Below are positions 1 to 9,418 of a DNA stretch of 64,000 nt, piece after piece; the stretch's first letter is position 1, and every line of letters starts with the position of its first letter. Under the pieces are notes generated by a model that had not been told where the DNA came from, made no database searches, and saw only the letters and a list, made by a program, of their open reading frames with translations. This DNA comes from Gammaproteobacteria bacterium (GTDB taxonomy: Bacteria; Pseudomonadota; Gammaproteobacteria; Natronospirales; JAIVGZ01), in contig JBBEAN010000015.1 in the NCBI GenBank assembly GCA_040882865.1, positions 107,402 through 171,401 on the forward strand. The letters are read 5' to 3'. The translations under genes were made by a program, and so were the position numbers.

Positions 1-612
1 ACCCGGGAAAACGTCGTCGGGTAGGCCCGGCCAGGATTCGAGCGTTTCACGCCCGCCGACGGACGCGCCCCACATCCCTTCGTTCACGGAGTACGCACGC
101 GTCCGCGAGGACACCTCGACGCCACGCGCGGCAAGGAACGTCGCCTCGTCCGCGCGCGACAATGCGAGCGCTCGGATCGGAGTGATGAGTTCGAGATCCG
201 ACGCGAGGGCGGTGAAAGCGACGTCGAACCGAACCTGGTCATTCCCGGCGCCCGTCGAACCGTGCGCGAGTGCAGATGCACCGACGCTCCGCGCCACGTC
301 AACGACGCATTCGGCCTGACACACGCGCTCCGCCGACACAGACAGCGGGTAGGTGCCCCCACGCAGTACGTTGCCGAATATCAAGAACCGCAGATAGCGG
401 TCGAACAAGCGTGCACGCGCATCGACCGTGTGGTGCGCCACGGCGCCGAGCATTGCGGACGCGCTCGCGATGCGCTTGAGTTCGATCGCGTCAAAGCCGC
501 CGGTATCTACAGTGGCGGTGGTCACGCGATAACCCTGGTCCCGCAGCCACGCAACGCAAAACGAGGTGTCGAGCCCGCCTGAGAACGCGAGAGCAACGTG
601 CTTGTCAGCCAT
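1..612 (-). CDS. argG: argininosuccinate synthase, N-terminal part (gene runs off the window at position 1)
   Basis: Not in the ORF track because there is no stop inside the window. Minus-strand ATG at 612-610 translates MADKHVALAFSGGLDTSFCVAWLRDQGYRVTTATVDTGG, carrying the SGGLDTS ATP-pyrophosphatase motif. The start overlaps the argH stop by 8 nt. Confidence 0.8.
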   Translation of the reverse strand, partial: MADKHVALAFSGGLDTSFCVAWLRDQGYRVTTATVDTGGFDAIELKRIASASAMLGAVAHHTVDARARLFDRYLRFLIFGNVLRGGTYPLSVSAERVCQAECVVDVARSVGASALAHGSTGAGNDQVRFDVAFTALASDLELITPIRALALSRADEATFLAARGVEVSSRTRAYSVNEGMWGASVGGRETLESWPGLPDDVFPG

Positions 613-1951
613 TGAAGATCACCGAGAGGCAGTGTGAGACATGGGTCCGCGGTGCGCTGAACGCCGCATGCGCGGCGCGCAGGTCGGTCGCGGTTCCGGC
701 GAGCTGCAGGTTGTCGAGTCCGCCAACGTGGTCCGATGCGAGCGCCGCGCGATCCGGCCGGAAAGTGCCCGCAGACAATTCGGCTGCGACCGCCCGGTAC
801 GCGTCGCGGAAGGCGTCCCCGTGTGCGACGCGTCGACACGCTTCGTGCGCAGCGTACAGCTCGTCGGTGTCCGCCGCGTGCGTGCGTGCGCCATCAACGC
901 GTAGCCCACGCACCACATGTGCAAGGATGCGCAAGAGCAGGCTCGCGTCCTTCACCGCCTCGAACAACGGTGCCTTGAGGAGCTGCAAATCGCGGTGGTA
1001 ACCAGACGGAAGGCCACCCGCGAGTTCTGAAATCAGCGCGTGACGCGCGCGGAGCCTGCGGCACCCCGCGCGGGCCAACTCGATGACGTCCGGGTTGCGC
1101 TTTTGGGGCATGATCGACGAGCCGGTGGTGAATTCGTCCGGCAGCGTGAGAAAACCGAACTCTTCGGTACTGAAAAGTGCGACGTCCCAACATAACTTCT
1201 CGAGCGTGAGGCTCAGCGAGGCCAGCCAGCCCGTCAATGCGAACTCGTGGCGACCGCGCGCGTTTTGCACGTCGATCGTGGAGCGCTGCACGCGCGAGAA
1301 GCCCAACAGCGCGGCGGTGTGCTCACGCGCTAGCGGTAGCGGAACACCGAACCCGGCCGCAGCGCCGAGCGGACATTGGTCAAGCCGCCGGTAAATACCG
1401 ATGGCGGCCTCAAGCTCTTCGACGAGGCCCTCAGCAAACGCGGACGCCCACTGGGCAGCCGATGACGGCATCGCGCGACGCATGTGGGTGTAGCCCGGCC
1501 AAGGAATATCGCGATTGTCTTCCGCGAAAGCCAGCAGCGCCTCACCCAGGTCGGCGACGGCGTCTACGAGCGCGAATAGTTCGTCCCGTTGCCACAGGCG
1601 CAATGCGGTCTGTACCTGGTCATTGCGCGAGCGACCGAGGTGTATCCGCTTGCCGGGGTCGCCGGTCTCGGCCGTCAGGCGATGCTCGATGGCCGTGTGG
1701 CAATCCTCCTGCTCCGGCGTGATGCGAAACGCCCCGGCGCGCGCGTCCTGCGCGATACCCGCGAGCGAGCCGAGCAAGGCGAGGAGTGCGTCGCCCGCGA
1801 GCAAACCGGCATGGCTGAGCCCTTGCGCGTGTGCCGCTGAGCCGATCGCGTCGTACTCGACGAGTGCGAGGTCGACCACCGGGTCGTCGCCGACGGTGAA
1901 CCGATGTACGAGCGCGTCGAGCGGCAGGTCCTTGTCCCACAACCGTCTCAT
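605..1951 (-). CDS. argH: argininosuccinate lyase
   Basis: 448-aa ORF with GRSRNDQV and GSSIMPQKRNPD fumarate-lyase/ArgH signatures. ATGA overlap with upstream argE. Confidence 0.95.
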   Translation of the reverse strand: MRRLWDKDLPLDALVHRFTVGDDPVVDLALVEYDAIGSAAHAQGLSHAGLLAGDALLALLGSLAGIAQDARAGAFRITPEQEDCHTAIEHRLTAETGDPGKRIHLGRSRNDQVQTALRLWQRDELFALVDAVADLGEALLAFAEDNRDIPWPGYTHMRRAMPSSAAQWASAFAEGLVEELEAAIGIYRRLDQCPLGAAAGFGVPLPLAREHTAALLGFSRVQRSTIDVQNARGRHEFALTGWLASLSLTLEKLCWDVALFSTEEFGFLTLPDEFTTGSSIMPQKRNPDVIELARAGCRRLRARHALISELAGGLPSGYHRDLQLLKAPLFEAVKDASLLLRILAHVVRGLRVDGARTHAADTDELYAAHEACRRVAHGDAFRDAYRAVAAELSAGTFRPDRAALASDHVGGLDNLQLAGTATDLRAAHAAFSAPRTHVSHCLSVIFNG

Positions 1952-3009
1952 GCGTTGGCCTCCCGGAAATAATGCCGCGCAATCTCGCCGTACACGGCCG
2001 CGCCGGCAACCACTTCATCGCATTCGATGTATTCATCCGGGCAGTGTGAGCGCCGGCTATCGCCTGGACCCATTTTCACCGCCGGTATTTCTCCGAGGAA
2101 CGCCCAATCCGATGTCGTACCGGATCCGACTGGCGCCGCGCGACCGTTCGCTGCGAGCGCCGCGCGGACGATTGCGTGCCCGAGCGCCGTCGCTTTCGGT
2201 GCGTAGCGCTCGGAATGGATGGCGACTTCGCTCTCGAGCACAGCTGCGAGTTGTGCCGCGACGTTCGCGTGATCGAGGTTTGGGGTGGTCCGCAGGTCGA
2301 CAAAGAACTCGCAGCGGTCGGGAACTTGGTTGCGTTGCAAGCCCCCGCTCACCTGGGTCACCTGCGCGCGCGTCGCGCCGAGTAGCGGGTGCGGGTCGAA
2401 GGTTTTGTCGGTGAGTCGCGTGATATCCCGCGCAGCGCGCTCGATGGCATTGTCGGCGAGTTGCGCATGCGCGACGTGCGCCGAGCGCCCTTTCGCCGTG
2501 CATTTGAGCAGCAACATCCCGCGCTGCGCTGCGCACGCATCGAGCCCAGTCGGTTCGCCAACCACCGCGGCGTCGATCGGTCCGAATTCCCGCAGCACGC
2601 TCGCGACGCCCCCGGGCCCACCCGTCTCTTCCTCGGCCGTCAACGCGAACACGATGCGCCCCGGGATGCGCGACGCGTCGCGGGCAAGGCTCGCGGCGAG
2701 CGACAGCATCGCCGCAACCGAGGCCTTGGCGTCGTTCGCGCCAAGCCCGTACAGGCGCCGCCCGTCCCAGCGTGGGCGCAACGGGTCAGACCGCCAACCT
2801 GCGCACGGCGGCACGGTGTCCAGGTGCGAAATGAACAGGAGCGTCGGCCCCGTCGCGGCCCCGAGCGTGAACCACACATTATTGGCAGCGCGCTGCACCC
2901 CGACGCCGAATGACTCCGCGTACGACGCGACGAACGCCGCAATCCGCGACTCGTCCCCGGAGACGCTCGGCGTCGCGACCAACCGCTCGACGAGTTCTGC
3001 GGGCTTCAT
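1948..3009 (-). CDS. argE: ArgE-type M20 deacetylase (acetylornithine/acetylcitrulline deacetylase)
   Basis: 353 aa with the M20 pattern (HLDTVP, GANDAKA, EEETGG). Embedded in the arg operon with 4-nt overlaps on both sides. Confidence 0.8.
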   Translation of the reverse strand: MKPAELVERLVATPSVSGDESRIAAFVASYAESFGVGVQRAANNVWFTLGAATGPTLLFISHLDTVPPCAGWRSDPLRPRWDGRRLYGLGANDAKASVAAMLSLAASLARDASRIPGRIVFALTAEEETGGPGGVASVLREFGPIDAAVVGEPTGLDACAAQRGMLLLKCTAKGRSAHVAHAQLADNAIERAARDITRLTDKTFDPHPLLGATRAQVTQVSGGLQRNQVPDRCEFFVDLRTTPNLDHANVAAQLAAVLESEVAIHSERYAPKATALGHAIVRAALAANGRAAPVGSGTTSDWAFLGEIPAVKMGPGDSRRSHCPDEYIECDEVVAGAAVYGEIARHYFREANA

Positions 3010-3896
3010 GCGTCGGCCTCGGCGACGACCATCGTCCCGCTGCCCTCGTTCGTGAACACCTCGGCGAGCAGGGCATCTGGGACAAGACCGCTGACGAGGT
3101 GTACGCCGCGGACGCCCCCTTCAATTGCGGCCTTGACGGCCGCGAGCTTCGGCAACATCCCGCCGTTGAGTGCACCGGACGCGACGAGTGCATCGAGGTC
3201 GGCAGGTGTCGCGAGCGGCACGAGTGTGGTCGGGTCGTCGAGCTGCCGTAGCACGCCCGGCACGCGCAGCATGAAGAACAGTTTCTCCGCGCCGAGCGCC
3301 GACGCAAGCGCGGCTGCAATCGTGTCAGCGTTGGTGTTGAAGACGCCGCCGTTGTCGTCCCCTGAGAGCGGGGCGATGACCGGAACGAATCCGCCGTCGA
3401 GCAGGTGTGTGAGCACGCGCGGTTCGACGGCGTCGATGTCACCGACGAGCCCGAAATCTGCCGCAAAGCCATCCGGCAGCGCCACCGGCGGGCGGCGCGT
3501 CGCGTGCATCAGTCCGGCATCGACGCCGGTCAGTCCGACGCATGCCGTGCCGGCAGCGCGCAGCTCTGCAAGCAAGTCCATGTGTACGCTGCCCGCGAAC
3601 ACCATCTTCGCGGCATCGAGCACCGCCGGTGAGGTCACGCGCCGGCCGCCGTGCTTCTCGACGGGTATGCCGAGAGACTCGCACACGCCGTCCAGACCGC
3701 TGCCACCGCCGTGCACGACCACAATCCGCATCGAGAAGCTGGACAGCAGCGCGAGTTGTTCGCAAACCATGCGCCTCACGCCGGGATCAGCGAGCAACTC
3801 GCCGCCGAGCTTGACGACGAACACCTTGTCGCGAAACTGACGCACGTAACGCGCGACGGAACGGAGTGATGCGTAAGCATTGTTCGATACCATCAA
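3006..3896 (-). CDS. argB: acetylglutamate kinase
   Basis: 296 aa with FVVKLGGELL, VVVHGGG and NTNAD amino-acid-kinase motifs. Confidence 0.93.
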   Translation of the reverse strand: MMVSNNAYASLRSVARYVRQFRDKVFVVKLGGELLADPGVRRMVCEQLALLSSFSMRIVVVHGGGSGLDGVCESLGIPVEKHGGRRVTSPAVLDAAKMVFAGSVHMDLLAELRAAGTACVGLTGVDAGLMHATRRPPVALPDGFAADFGLVGDIDAVEPRVLTHLLDGGFVPVIAPLSGDDNGGVFNTNADTIAAALASALGAEKLFFMLRVPGVLRQLDDPTTLVPLATPADLDALVASGALNGGMLPKLAAVKAAIEGGVRGVHLVSGLVPDALLAEVFTNEGSGTMVVAEADA

Positions 3897-4879
3897 CGAT
3901 CTCCATTCAGCATCAAGTCGAGCAGCACCCGCTGCACGTCGAATCGGTTGGCGGCGTTTGCGACGACCCGTGAACGCGAGTCGTCCAAAACCGAGTCATG
4001 GACTTCGACATTGCGGCGCAACGGCAGGCAATGCAGGAAGCACGCATCGGGGGCCGTCGCATCGAGCACCGTGCGCGAAAGCATCCAGTCACGGTGCGCC
4101 GTCACCGACGCGCCGACCGATGACGGCCCCCACGCTTTTGCGTAAATGGCGCGACTGCCGTCGAGCGCGGCGCCCTGGTCGTGTGTGAATTCGACGCGCC
4201 CGCCGGCCGCTTGCGCGAGCGCCTGTGCTTCGGCAACGACGCTTGCATGGAGCTCGAAACCCGGCGGGTGTGCGACGCGCACCGCGCAACCAGCCGCCGC
4301 AGCCGTGAGCAGGAACGAGTTCGGGACGGCGTGCGGCAGCGGCTTCACGTGCGGCGCCCACGTCAGCGTCACGGGGACACCCCTCGTCGCACCCGCGAAC
4401 TCGGCGATGGACACCACGTCCGCAAGACCCTGGCACGGGTGCTCGCGGGCAGACTCCATGCTGATCAACGGGACCGTGGCGTGCGCCCGGAAGGCACGCA
4501 TGACCGGATCCGCGTTGTCGACGTCGAAATCCTCGAGCGCGGCGAAGGTCCGCACGGCGAGCGCATCACAATATTCGCCGAGCACCGGTACGGCTTCGCG
4601 CACGTGCTCAGGCCGGTCGCCGTCCATCACGGCGCCGTCGCGATACTCAAGTTTCCAGACACCGGCGCCGACGTCGAGGACGACCGCGTGCCCGCCGCCG
4701 CGGAGCATCGCAGCCTCGAACGACACGCGTGTGCGAAGCGACGGGTTGAAGAACACCATGCCGAGCAGGCGGTCCTGCAGATGCTTGCCGGGAGACGTCC
4801 GCTTCCACTCGAGCACGCGCGCGACGACGGCGGCGACGCCGTCGACACCGAGGTCCGCAATGTGGGTGTAGTGCCGCAT
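3893..4879 (-). CDS. argF: N-acetylornithine carbamoyltransferase-like transcarbamylase
   Basis: 328 aa with FFNPSLRTRVSFE (not the OTCase STRTR motif), HPCQ and HCLP. Resembles the Xanthomonas AOTCase type; arg operon context. Confidence 0.8.
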   Translation of the reverse strand: MRHYTHIADLGVDGVAAVVARVLEWKRTSPGKHLQDRLLGMVFFNPSLRTRVSFEAAMLRGGGHAVVLDVGAGVWKLEYRDGAVMDGDRPEHVREAVPVLGEYCDALAVRTFAALEDFDVDNADPVMRAFRAHATVPLISMESAREHPCQGLADVVSIAEFAGATRGVPVTLTWAPHVKPLPHAVPNSFLLTAAAAGCAVRVAHPPGFELHASVVAEAQALAQAAGGRVEFTHDQGAALDGSRAIYAKAWGPSSVGASVTAHRDWMLSRTVLDATAPDACFLHCLPLRRNVEVHDSVLDDSRSRVVANAANRFDVQRVLLDLMLNGDR

Positions 4880-6015
4880 CAGAACGCGCGCACCGCGTCG
4901 ATGAGGCAGTTGATAGACGCGTCGGATACGTTCAGCGGTGGCATCAGACGCAGGACGTCCGGATCAGAAGACGCGCCGACCAGCACGTCACGGGATTCAA
5001 GGTGCGCCTTCATGGCGGCGGCACGCCCGGGCACCACCATGCCCAGCAGCAGGCCGATGCCACGGACCGTGTCGACCGCCGTTCCACGCAATCCGTCCGC
5101 GATCGCGGCGCCTGCGGTGCGCGCGCGGGCGACAAGTGACTCGTCCTCGATGACGGCGAGCGTCGCCAGCAGGGCCGCCGAGGCCACCGGGCCCCCGCCG
5201 AACGTGCTCCCGAGGTCGCCCGACGCAATCTGGCCTGCGATGCGCCCGGGCATGAGCAATGCCGCCATCGGGATGCCCGAGGCGATGCCTTTCGCGCACG
5301 TGACGAAATCGGGTCGCACACCGTAGAGCTGGAACGCGAACGGGGCACCGAGCCGCCCGAACCCCGTCTGAACCTCGTCGAACACGAGCAGCGTCCCCGC
5401 GGCGCGGCATTTTTCCTCCAGCGCACGGAACCATGCGGCGTCGGCGCATCGGACCCCCGCCATCGACTGGATAGGTTCGACGATCACTGCGGCAACGTCC
5501 GAAAAGTCGGCCGTCGCAAGCGCCGCGGCATCACCGTGCGCGAGGAATTCGCAATCCGCGACCAAGGGGCCGAGCGCGCGCTTCGCGCCAGGCAGGTCCG
5601 AGCAGGAGAGCGCGAGCAGTGTGCGCCCGTGGAATCCGCCGGCGAACGCCACGAACCGCGACCGCCCGGTCAATCCGGCGGCTAACTTCAGCGCATTCTC
5701 ATTGGCCTCCGCGCCGGAATTGCAAAAAAACACGGCGTCGATGCCCGGCCCTGCGAACGCGACCAATGCATTGGCCGCGCGCGTCCGCACCGACAGGTCC
5801 GCCGCGGCAGAGTAAAACAACAACTCTCGGGCCTGCGCGCAGAGCGCATCAACGACGCGCGGGTGCGAGTGGCCGGTCGAGCAGACGCAATGGCCACCGT
5901 AGAAATCGACGAACTCTCGACCATCCGCCGCGCGCACGCGGTCGCCCGCGCCCGCCACGAGTTCGAACGGGTAAGTCGGATAAACATGTACGAGCGCGCC
6001 CATGAAGCCGCGCAA
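4879..6015 (-). CDS. argD: acetylornithine aminotransferase (class III PLP aminotransferase)
   Basis: 378 aa with LLVFDEVQTGFGRLG and TCAKGIASG (PLP lysine). The track start at 6015 is TTG; the ATG at 6003 is a likely alternative. 1-nt TGATG overlap with argF'. Confidence 0.85.
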   Translation of the reverse strand: MRGFMGALVHVYPTYPFELVAGAGDRVRAADGREFVDFYGGHCVCSTGHSHPRVVDALCAQARELLFYSAAADLSVRTRAANALVAFAGPGIDAVFFCNSGAEANENALKLAAGLTGRSRFVAFAGGFHGRTLLALSCSDLPGAKRALGPLVADCEFLAHGDAAALATADFSDVAAVIVEPIQSMAGVRCADAAWFRALEEKCRAAGTLLVFDEVQTGFGRLGAPFAFQLYGVRPDFVTCAKGIASGIPMAALLMPGRIAGQIASGDLGSTFGGGPVASAALLATLAVIEDESLVARARTAGAAIADGLRGTAVDTVRGIGLLLGMVVPGRAAAMKAHLESRDVLVGASSDPDVLRLMPPLNVSDASINCLIDAVRAF

Positions 6016-6037
6016 TATACGGTTCTATACGAATCTA

Positions 6038-6080
6038 TGCAACTTTATTCTGTTGCATGCATATTCAAAGATATTCAGAA
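6038..6080. promoter_or_regulatory. AT-rich divergent argD/argR control region with ARG-box-like half-sites
   Basis: TGCAAC-N8-GTTGCA inverted repeat at 6038-6057. ATATTCA direct repeat at 6061-6067 and 6071-6077. Minus-strand TTTGAATATGCATGCAAC (6069-6052) matches 12 of 16 specified positions of the TNTGAATWWWWATTCANW ARG box. Confidence 0.45.
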
Positions 6081-6087
6081 TGAGCCG

Positions 6088-6489
6088 ATGACCCTGGACC
6101 AAACCATTCTCGAACTGATTGAAGCCGAAACCCTCACGGACCAAGCGACGCTGCTCACCCGGCTTGCCGCGCATGGCTTCACCGTCACCCAGCCGACCCT
6201 CTCGCGTCATCTGCGCAAGCTCTCGGTCGCAAAGGAAAATGGCCGCTACCGCCGCGTCGAGCGCGGCGTGCCCGAGCGCCCGCCTTACGCCCTCGAATCT
6301 TCGCCGCCCAACCTGCTCATTCTCAAAACCGCGCCCGGCCACGCGCCGCTGCTCGGCGTCCTCGTTGACCGCATCGGCATCGCCGAAATCGCCGGCTCAC
6401 TCGCCGGCGATGACACCTTGTTCATCGCCCTGTCGGCGGGCGCCGACCTCGAAGCGGTCCGTGCGCGGATCGAAGCGGAGCTCGACTGA
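6088..6489 (+). CDS. argR: arginine repressor
   Basis: Start taken at ATG 6088 (MTLDQTILELIE), inside the longer 5863 ORF. Winged-helix N-terminus (TQPTLSRHLRKL) and the C-terminal GSLAGDDTLF motif, compared with E. coli GTIAGDDTIF. Confidence 0.85.
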   Translation: MTLDQTILELIEAETLTDQATLLTRLAAHGFTVTQPTLSRHLRKLSVAKENGRYRRVERGVPERPPYALESSPPNLLILKTAPGHAPLLGVLVDRIGIAEIAGSLAGDDTLFIALSAGADLEAVRARIEAELD

Positions 6490-6496
6490 CAGGCTA

Positions 6497-9418
6497 GTGC
6501 ACGTATTCGAATTACAGGCAGCGATTTTTGACCTCGACGGGGTCGTCACCCGCACGGCGGACGTGCATGCTGCGGCGTGGAAGGCGACATTCGACCCCCT
6601 CCTTGAGTTGCTCGGCATCGCCGAACCGTTTGACGCAGTGCACGATTACTTGAACTACGTCGACGGCAAGCCGCGTTACGACGGTATCCGCAGTTTCCTC
6701 GCTTCCCGCAGCGTTGGATTGCCCGACGGAACGCCGGATGACGCGCCGGGTGCCACGACGGTGTATGGCGTCGGCAAGCAAAAGGATGCCCTCTTCCGCG
6801 CGTGCCTAGAACGGGACGGAATCCACGTCTTCCCGTCGTCGGTCGCACTCGTCGAGGCGCTCCGCGCGCGCGGGATCAAGACGACGGTGGTCACTTCGAG
6901 CCGAAACGGGCGGCTGATATTGCGGCGCGCGGGCATCTCGGGTCTGTTCGATGCCGTCATCGATGGCCGCGACCTCGACGAAGGCGGGATGCGCGGCAAG
7001 CCGGCCCCGGACGGCTTCCTGAAATGCGCGCGACTGATCGACGTCGCGCCCTCACACGCCGTGGTCATCGAGGATGCTGTATCCGGCGTCGACGCGGCCC
7101 GACGCGGCGGCTTCGGCCTCGTCGTCGGCGTCGACCGCGGTGGCCACGCCGCCGCGCTCCGTGCGAACGGTGCGGACATCGTCGTCGCGGACCTCGACGC
7201 GCTCGATCCAGACCGCCTCGACGACGCGATGCACGAACGGCGCGAGCAAGAAGCCTGGCGCGTCGACCAACACGGGTTCGACCCCGCCCGCGAGCACGCG
7301 ATGGAAAGCCTGTTCACCGTAGGCAATGGCTATGTCGGCGTGCGCGGCGCACCCGATACGCTACTGCCTGGCTCCCAGGGCGACCTGTTCGTCGCGGGGA
7401 TCTATGACCGAAAACATGCGGCACGACCGTATTCGGAGGAGGAATTCCTGAACATCGGCGGCGGCGACAGCCTGCACGCGGAACTCGTATCGGCGCCGTT
7501 CCCGTTCCGTATCGTGCTGCAGGTCGACGGCGTCCCGCTCGATCCATCGGACGAACGGACACGACGATACCGCCGCCGTCTCGACCTCAAGCGCGCAGTT
7601 CTGCAAACGGAAACGAATTTCGAGCTCGCGAGTGATCATCACGTGACGATTGCCAGCACACGCTGCGCGTCCGCCGCTGAGCCTCACCTGCTCCTACAGG
7701 CGGCCACGGTGACCGTCGGCGACCGCGCTGCGGATGTCGCCATCGATGCGTCGTTGCACGATCCCGATCTCGGCGCGAACCATCCACACCTGAGCGTCCT
7801 CGAAACGGGGTCGGCGCCGGGCGGCATCGAGTTCGTGCGCTACGGTACGCAGGCATCCAGCTACGAGCTCTGCATCGCGTCGCGCGCTCGCTACGGCAAC
7901 GACGACACACACCGGTGGCGAACCGAGATCAACGCCCGTGGGCAGATCAAACTGCAACGGTACGTCGTCGTATACACCACGCGGGATACGGATGACCCGC
8001 GCAGCGCGGCGATCCGGGATCTCGCCGCGCGCGACTGGCACCGCTTTGACGACGCATTCGATCGCCATGCGGCCTGTTGGCATGACCGCTGGGAAGCTTC
8101 CGATATCCGTGTGGCGGGCAGCTACGCGACGGAGCAGGCGCTGCGGTTCAACAGCTACCACCTGCACAGTACGGCCGGCACCAAGCCGTACGCGTCGGTC
8201 GGTGCACGCGCGCTCAGTGGACGAGCGTACGAGGGGCACATTTTCTGGGACGTCGAAATTTTCATGTTGCCTTTCTACGTGCACACGGCACCCGAGCTGG
8301 CGCTCAATGCGCTGCGGTACCGGTATCACACGCTGGACGGCGCGCGTCAGCGTGCGCGCGATTGCAGCACCACGGGCGCGAATTTCGCGTGGGAATCCAC
8401 CGTGACCGGCGAAGATGTGACGCCCGATAAAATCCTGCTGAAAACCACCGGGCGAGAAATCCCCATATTCACCGGCGCCCAGCAAATCCATGTCACGGCC
8501 GATGTCGCATACGGCGTATGGCGTTACTGGGACGCGACGCACGACCATGTATTCATGCGCGAGGCCGGTGCCGAACTCCTTGCCGAGACCGCGCGGTATT
8601 GGGTGACGCGCTGTACGCGCGGGCCGAAGCACCACCACATCCGTGGTGTGGTCGGCCCGGACGAATACCACCATGGCGTAGACGACAACGCGTATACGAA
8701 CTGGATGGCGCGGTTCAATCTTGAGCGCGCCGTGGAGATCGCCGCGTGGCTTACGCGAGACGCGCCGGACCGGTGGTCGGAACTGTGCGAGCGAATCGAC
8801 CTCAGACATGACGAACCCGCGGAATGGAATGCGCTTGCCGGGTCCCTGTTCTGCCCGGGGCCCGACGCGCGCGGCGTGATCGAGCAGTTCGCCGGCTTCT
8901 TTGACCTCGATGAGTACCCGCTCGCGGCAGAAGAGCGACTGAAAGCGCCGATCAATCGCCTGTTCGACTGGGACAAGATCAATCGCATGAAGCTGATCAA
9001 GCAAGCCGACACCTTGATGCTGCCATTCCTGTTCCCGGATCAATTCACGCCCGAGCAGCTCGCTGCGAACTACCACTACTACGAGCCGCTGACCGACCAC
9101 GGCAGCAGTCTCTCGCCCGCCATCCACGGCGCGCTCGCAGCGCGGCTCGGACTCGCCGCTGATGCGGGGCGATATTGGCGCCAGAGCCTGTGGCTCGACC
9201 TTTCCAACGCGATGACGAACAGCGCGCTCGGCGTCCATCCCGCATGCATGGGCGGAACATGGCAAGCACTCGTGTTCGGATTCCTTGACGTCCGATTCGG
9301 GGATGACGGACCGACCTGGGCCGACGACGCAGCTGCAAGGCTGCCTGCTTCGTGGCGCTCGCTGGCCATGAACCTGCGCTGGCGTGGCACTACGCATACG
9401 GTGGAGGTCAAACGATGA
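6497..9418 (+). CDS. fusion protein: HAD beta-phosphoglucomutase-like domain + GH65 glycoside phosphorylase
   Basis: Start taken at GTG 6497 (VHVFELQAAIFDLDGVVT, HAD DxDG motif), in frame with the 6119 ORF whose upstream part overlaps argR. GH65 motifs GHIFWDVEIF, GPDEYHHGVDDNAYTN and HGSSLS. Confidence 0.85.
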   Translation: MHVFELQAAIFDLDGVVTRTADVHAAAWKATFDPLLELLGIAEPFDAVHDYLNYVDGKPRYDGIRSFLASRSVGLPDGTPDDAPGATTVYGVGKQKDALFRACLERDGIHVFPSSVALVEALRARGIKTTVVTSSRNGRLILRRAGISGLFDAVIDGRDLDEGGMRGKPAPDGFLKCARLIDVAPSHAVVIEDAVSGVDAARRGGFGLVVGVDRGGHAAALRANGADIVVADLDALDPDRLDDAMHERREQEAWRVDQHGFDPAREHAMESLFTVGNGYVGVRGAPDTLLPGSQGDLFVAGIYDRKHAARPYSEEEFLNIGGGDSLHAELVSAPFPFRIVLQVDGVPLDPSDERTRRYRRRLDLKRAVLQTETNFELASDHHVTIASTRCASAAEPHLLLQAATVTVGDRAADVAIDASLHDPDLGANHPHLSVLETGSAPGGIEFVRYGTQASSYELCIASRARYGNDDTHRWRTEINARGQIKLQRYVVVYTTRDTDDPRSAAIRDLAARDWHRFDDAFDRHAACWHDRWEASDIRVAGSYATEQALRFNSYHLHSTAGTKPYASVGARALSGRAYEGHIFWDVEIFMLPFYVHTAPELALNALRYRYHTLDGARQRARDCSTTGANFAWESTVTGEDVTPDKILLKTTGREIPIFTGAQQIHVTADVAYGVWRYWDATHDHVFMREAGAELLAETARYWVTRCTRGPKHHHIRGVVGPDEYHHGVDDNAYTNWMARFNLERAVEIAAWLTRDAPDRWSELCERIDLRHDEPAEWNALAGSLFCPGPDARGVIEQFAGFFDLDEYPLAAEERLKAPINRLFDWDKINRMKLIKQADTLMLPFLFPDQFTPEQLAANYHYYEPLTDHGSSLSPAIHGALAARLGLAADAGRYWRQSLWLDLSNAMTNSALGVHPACMGGTWQALVFGFLDVRFGDDGPTWADDAAARLPASWRSLAMNLRWRGTTHTVEVKR

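Noticed and set aside
6119-6496. N-terminal 126-codon extension of the GH65 fusion ORF (track start 6119)
   Set aside because: The extension overlaps argR in another frame and is Ser/Pro/Arg-rich. The HAD DxDG motif begins right after the in-frame GTG at 6497, which follows the argR stop.
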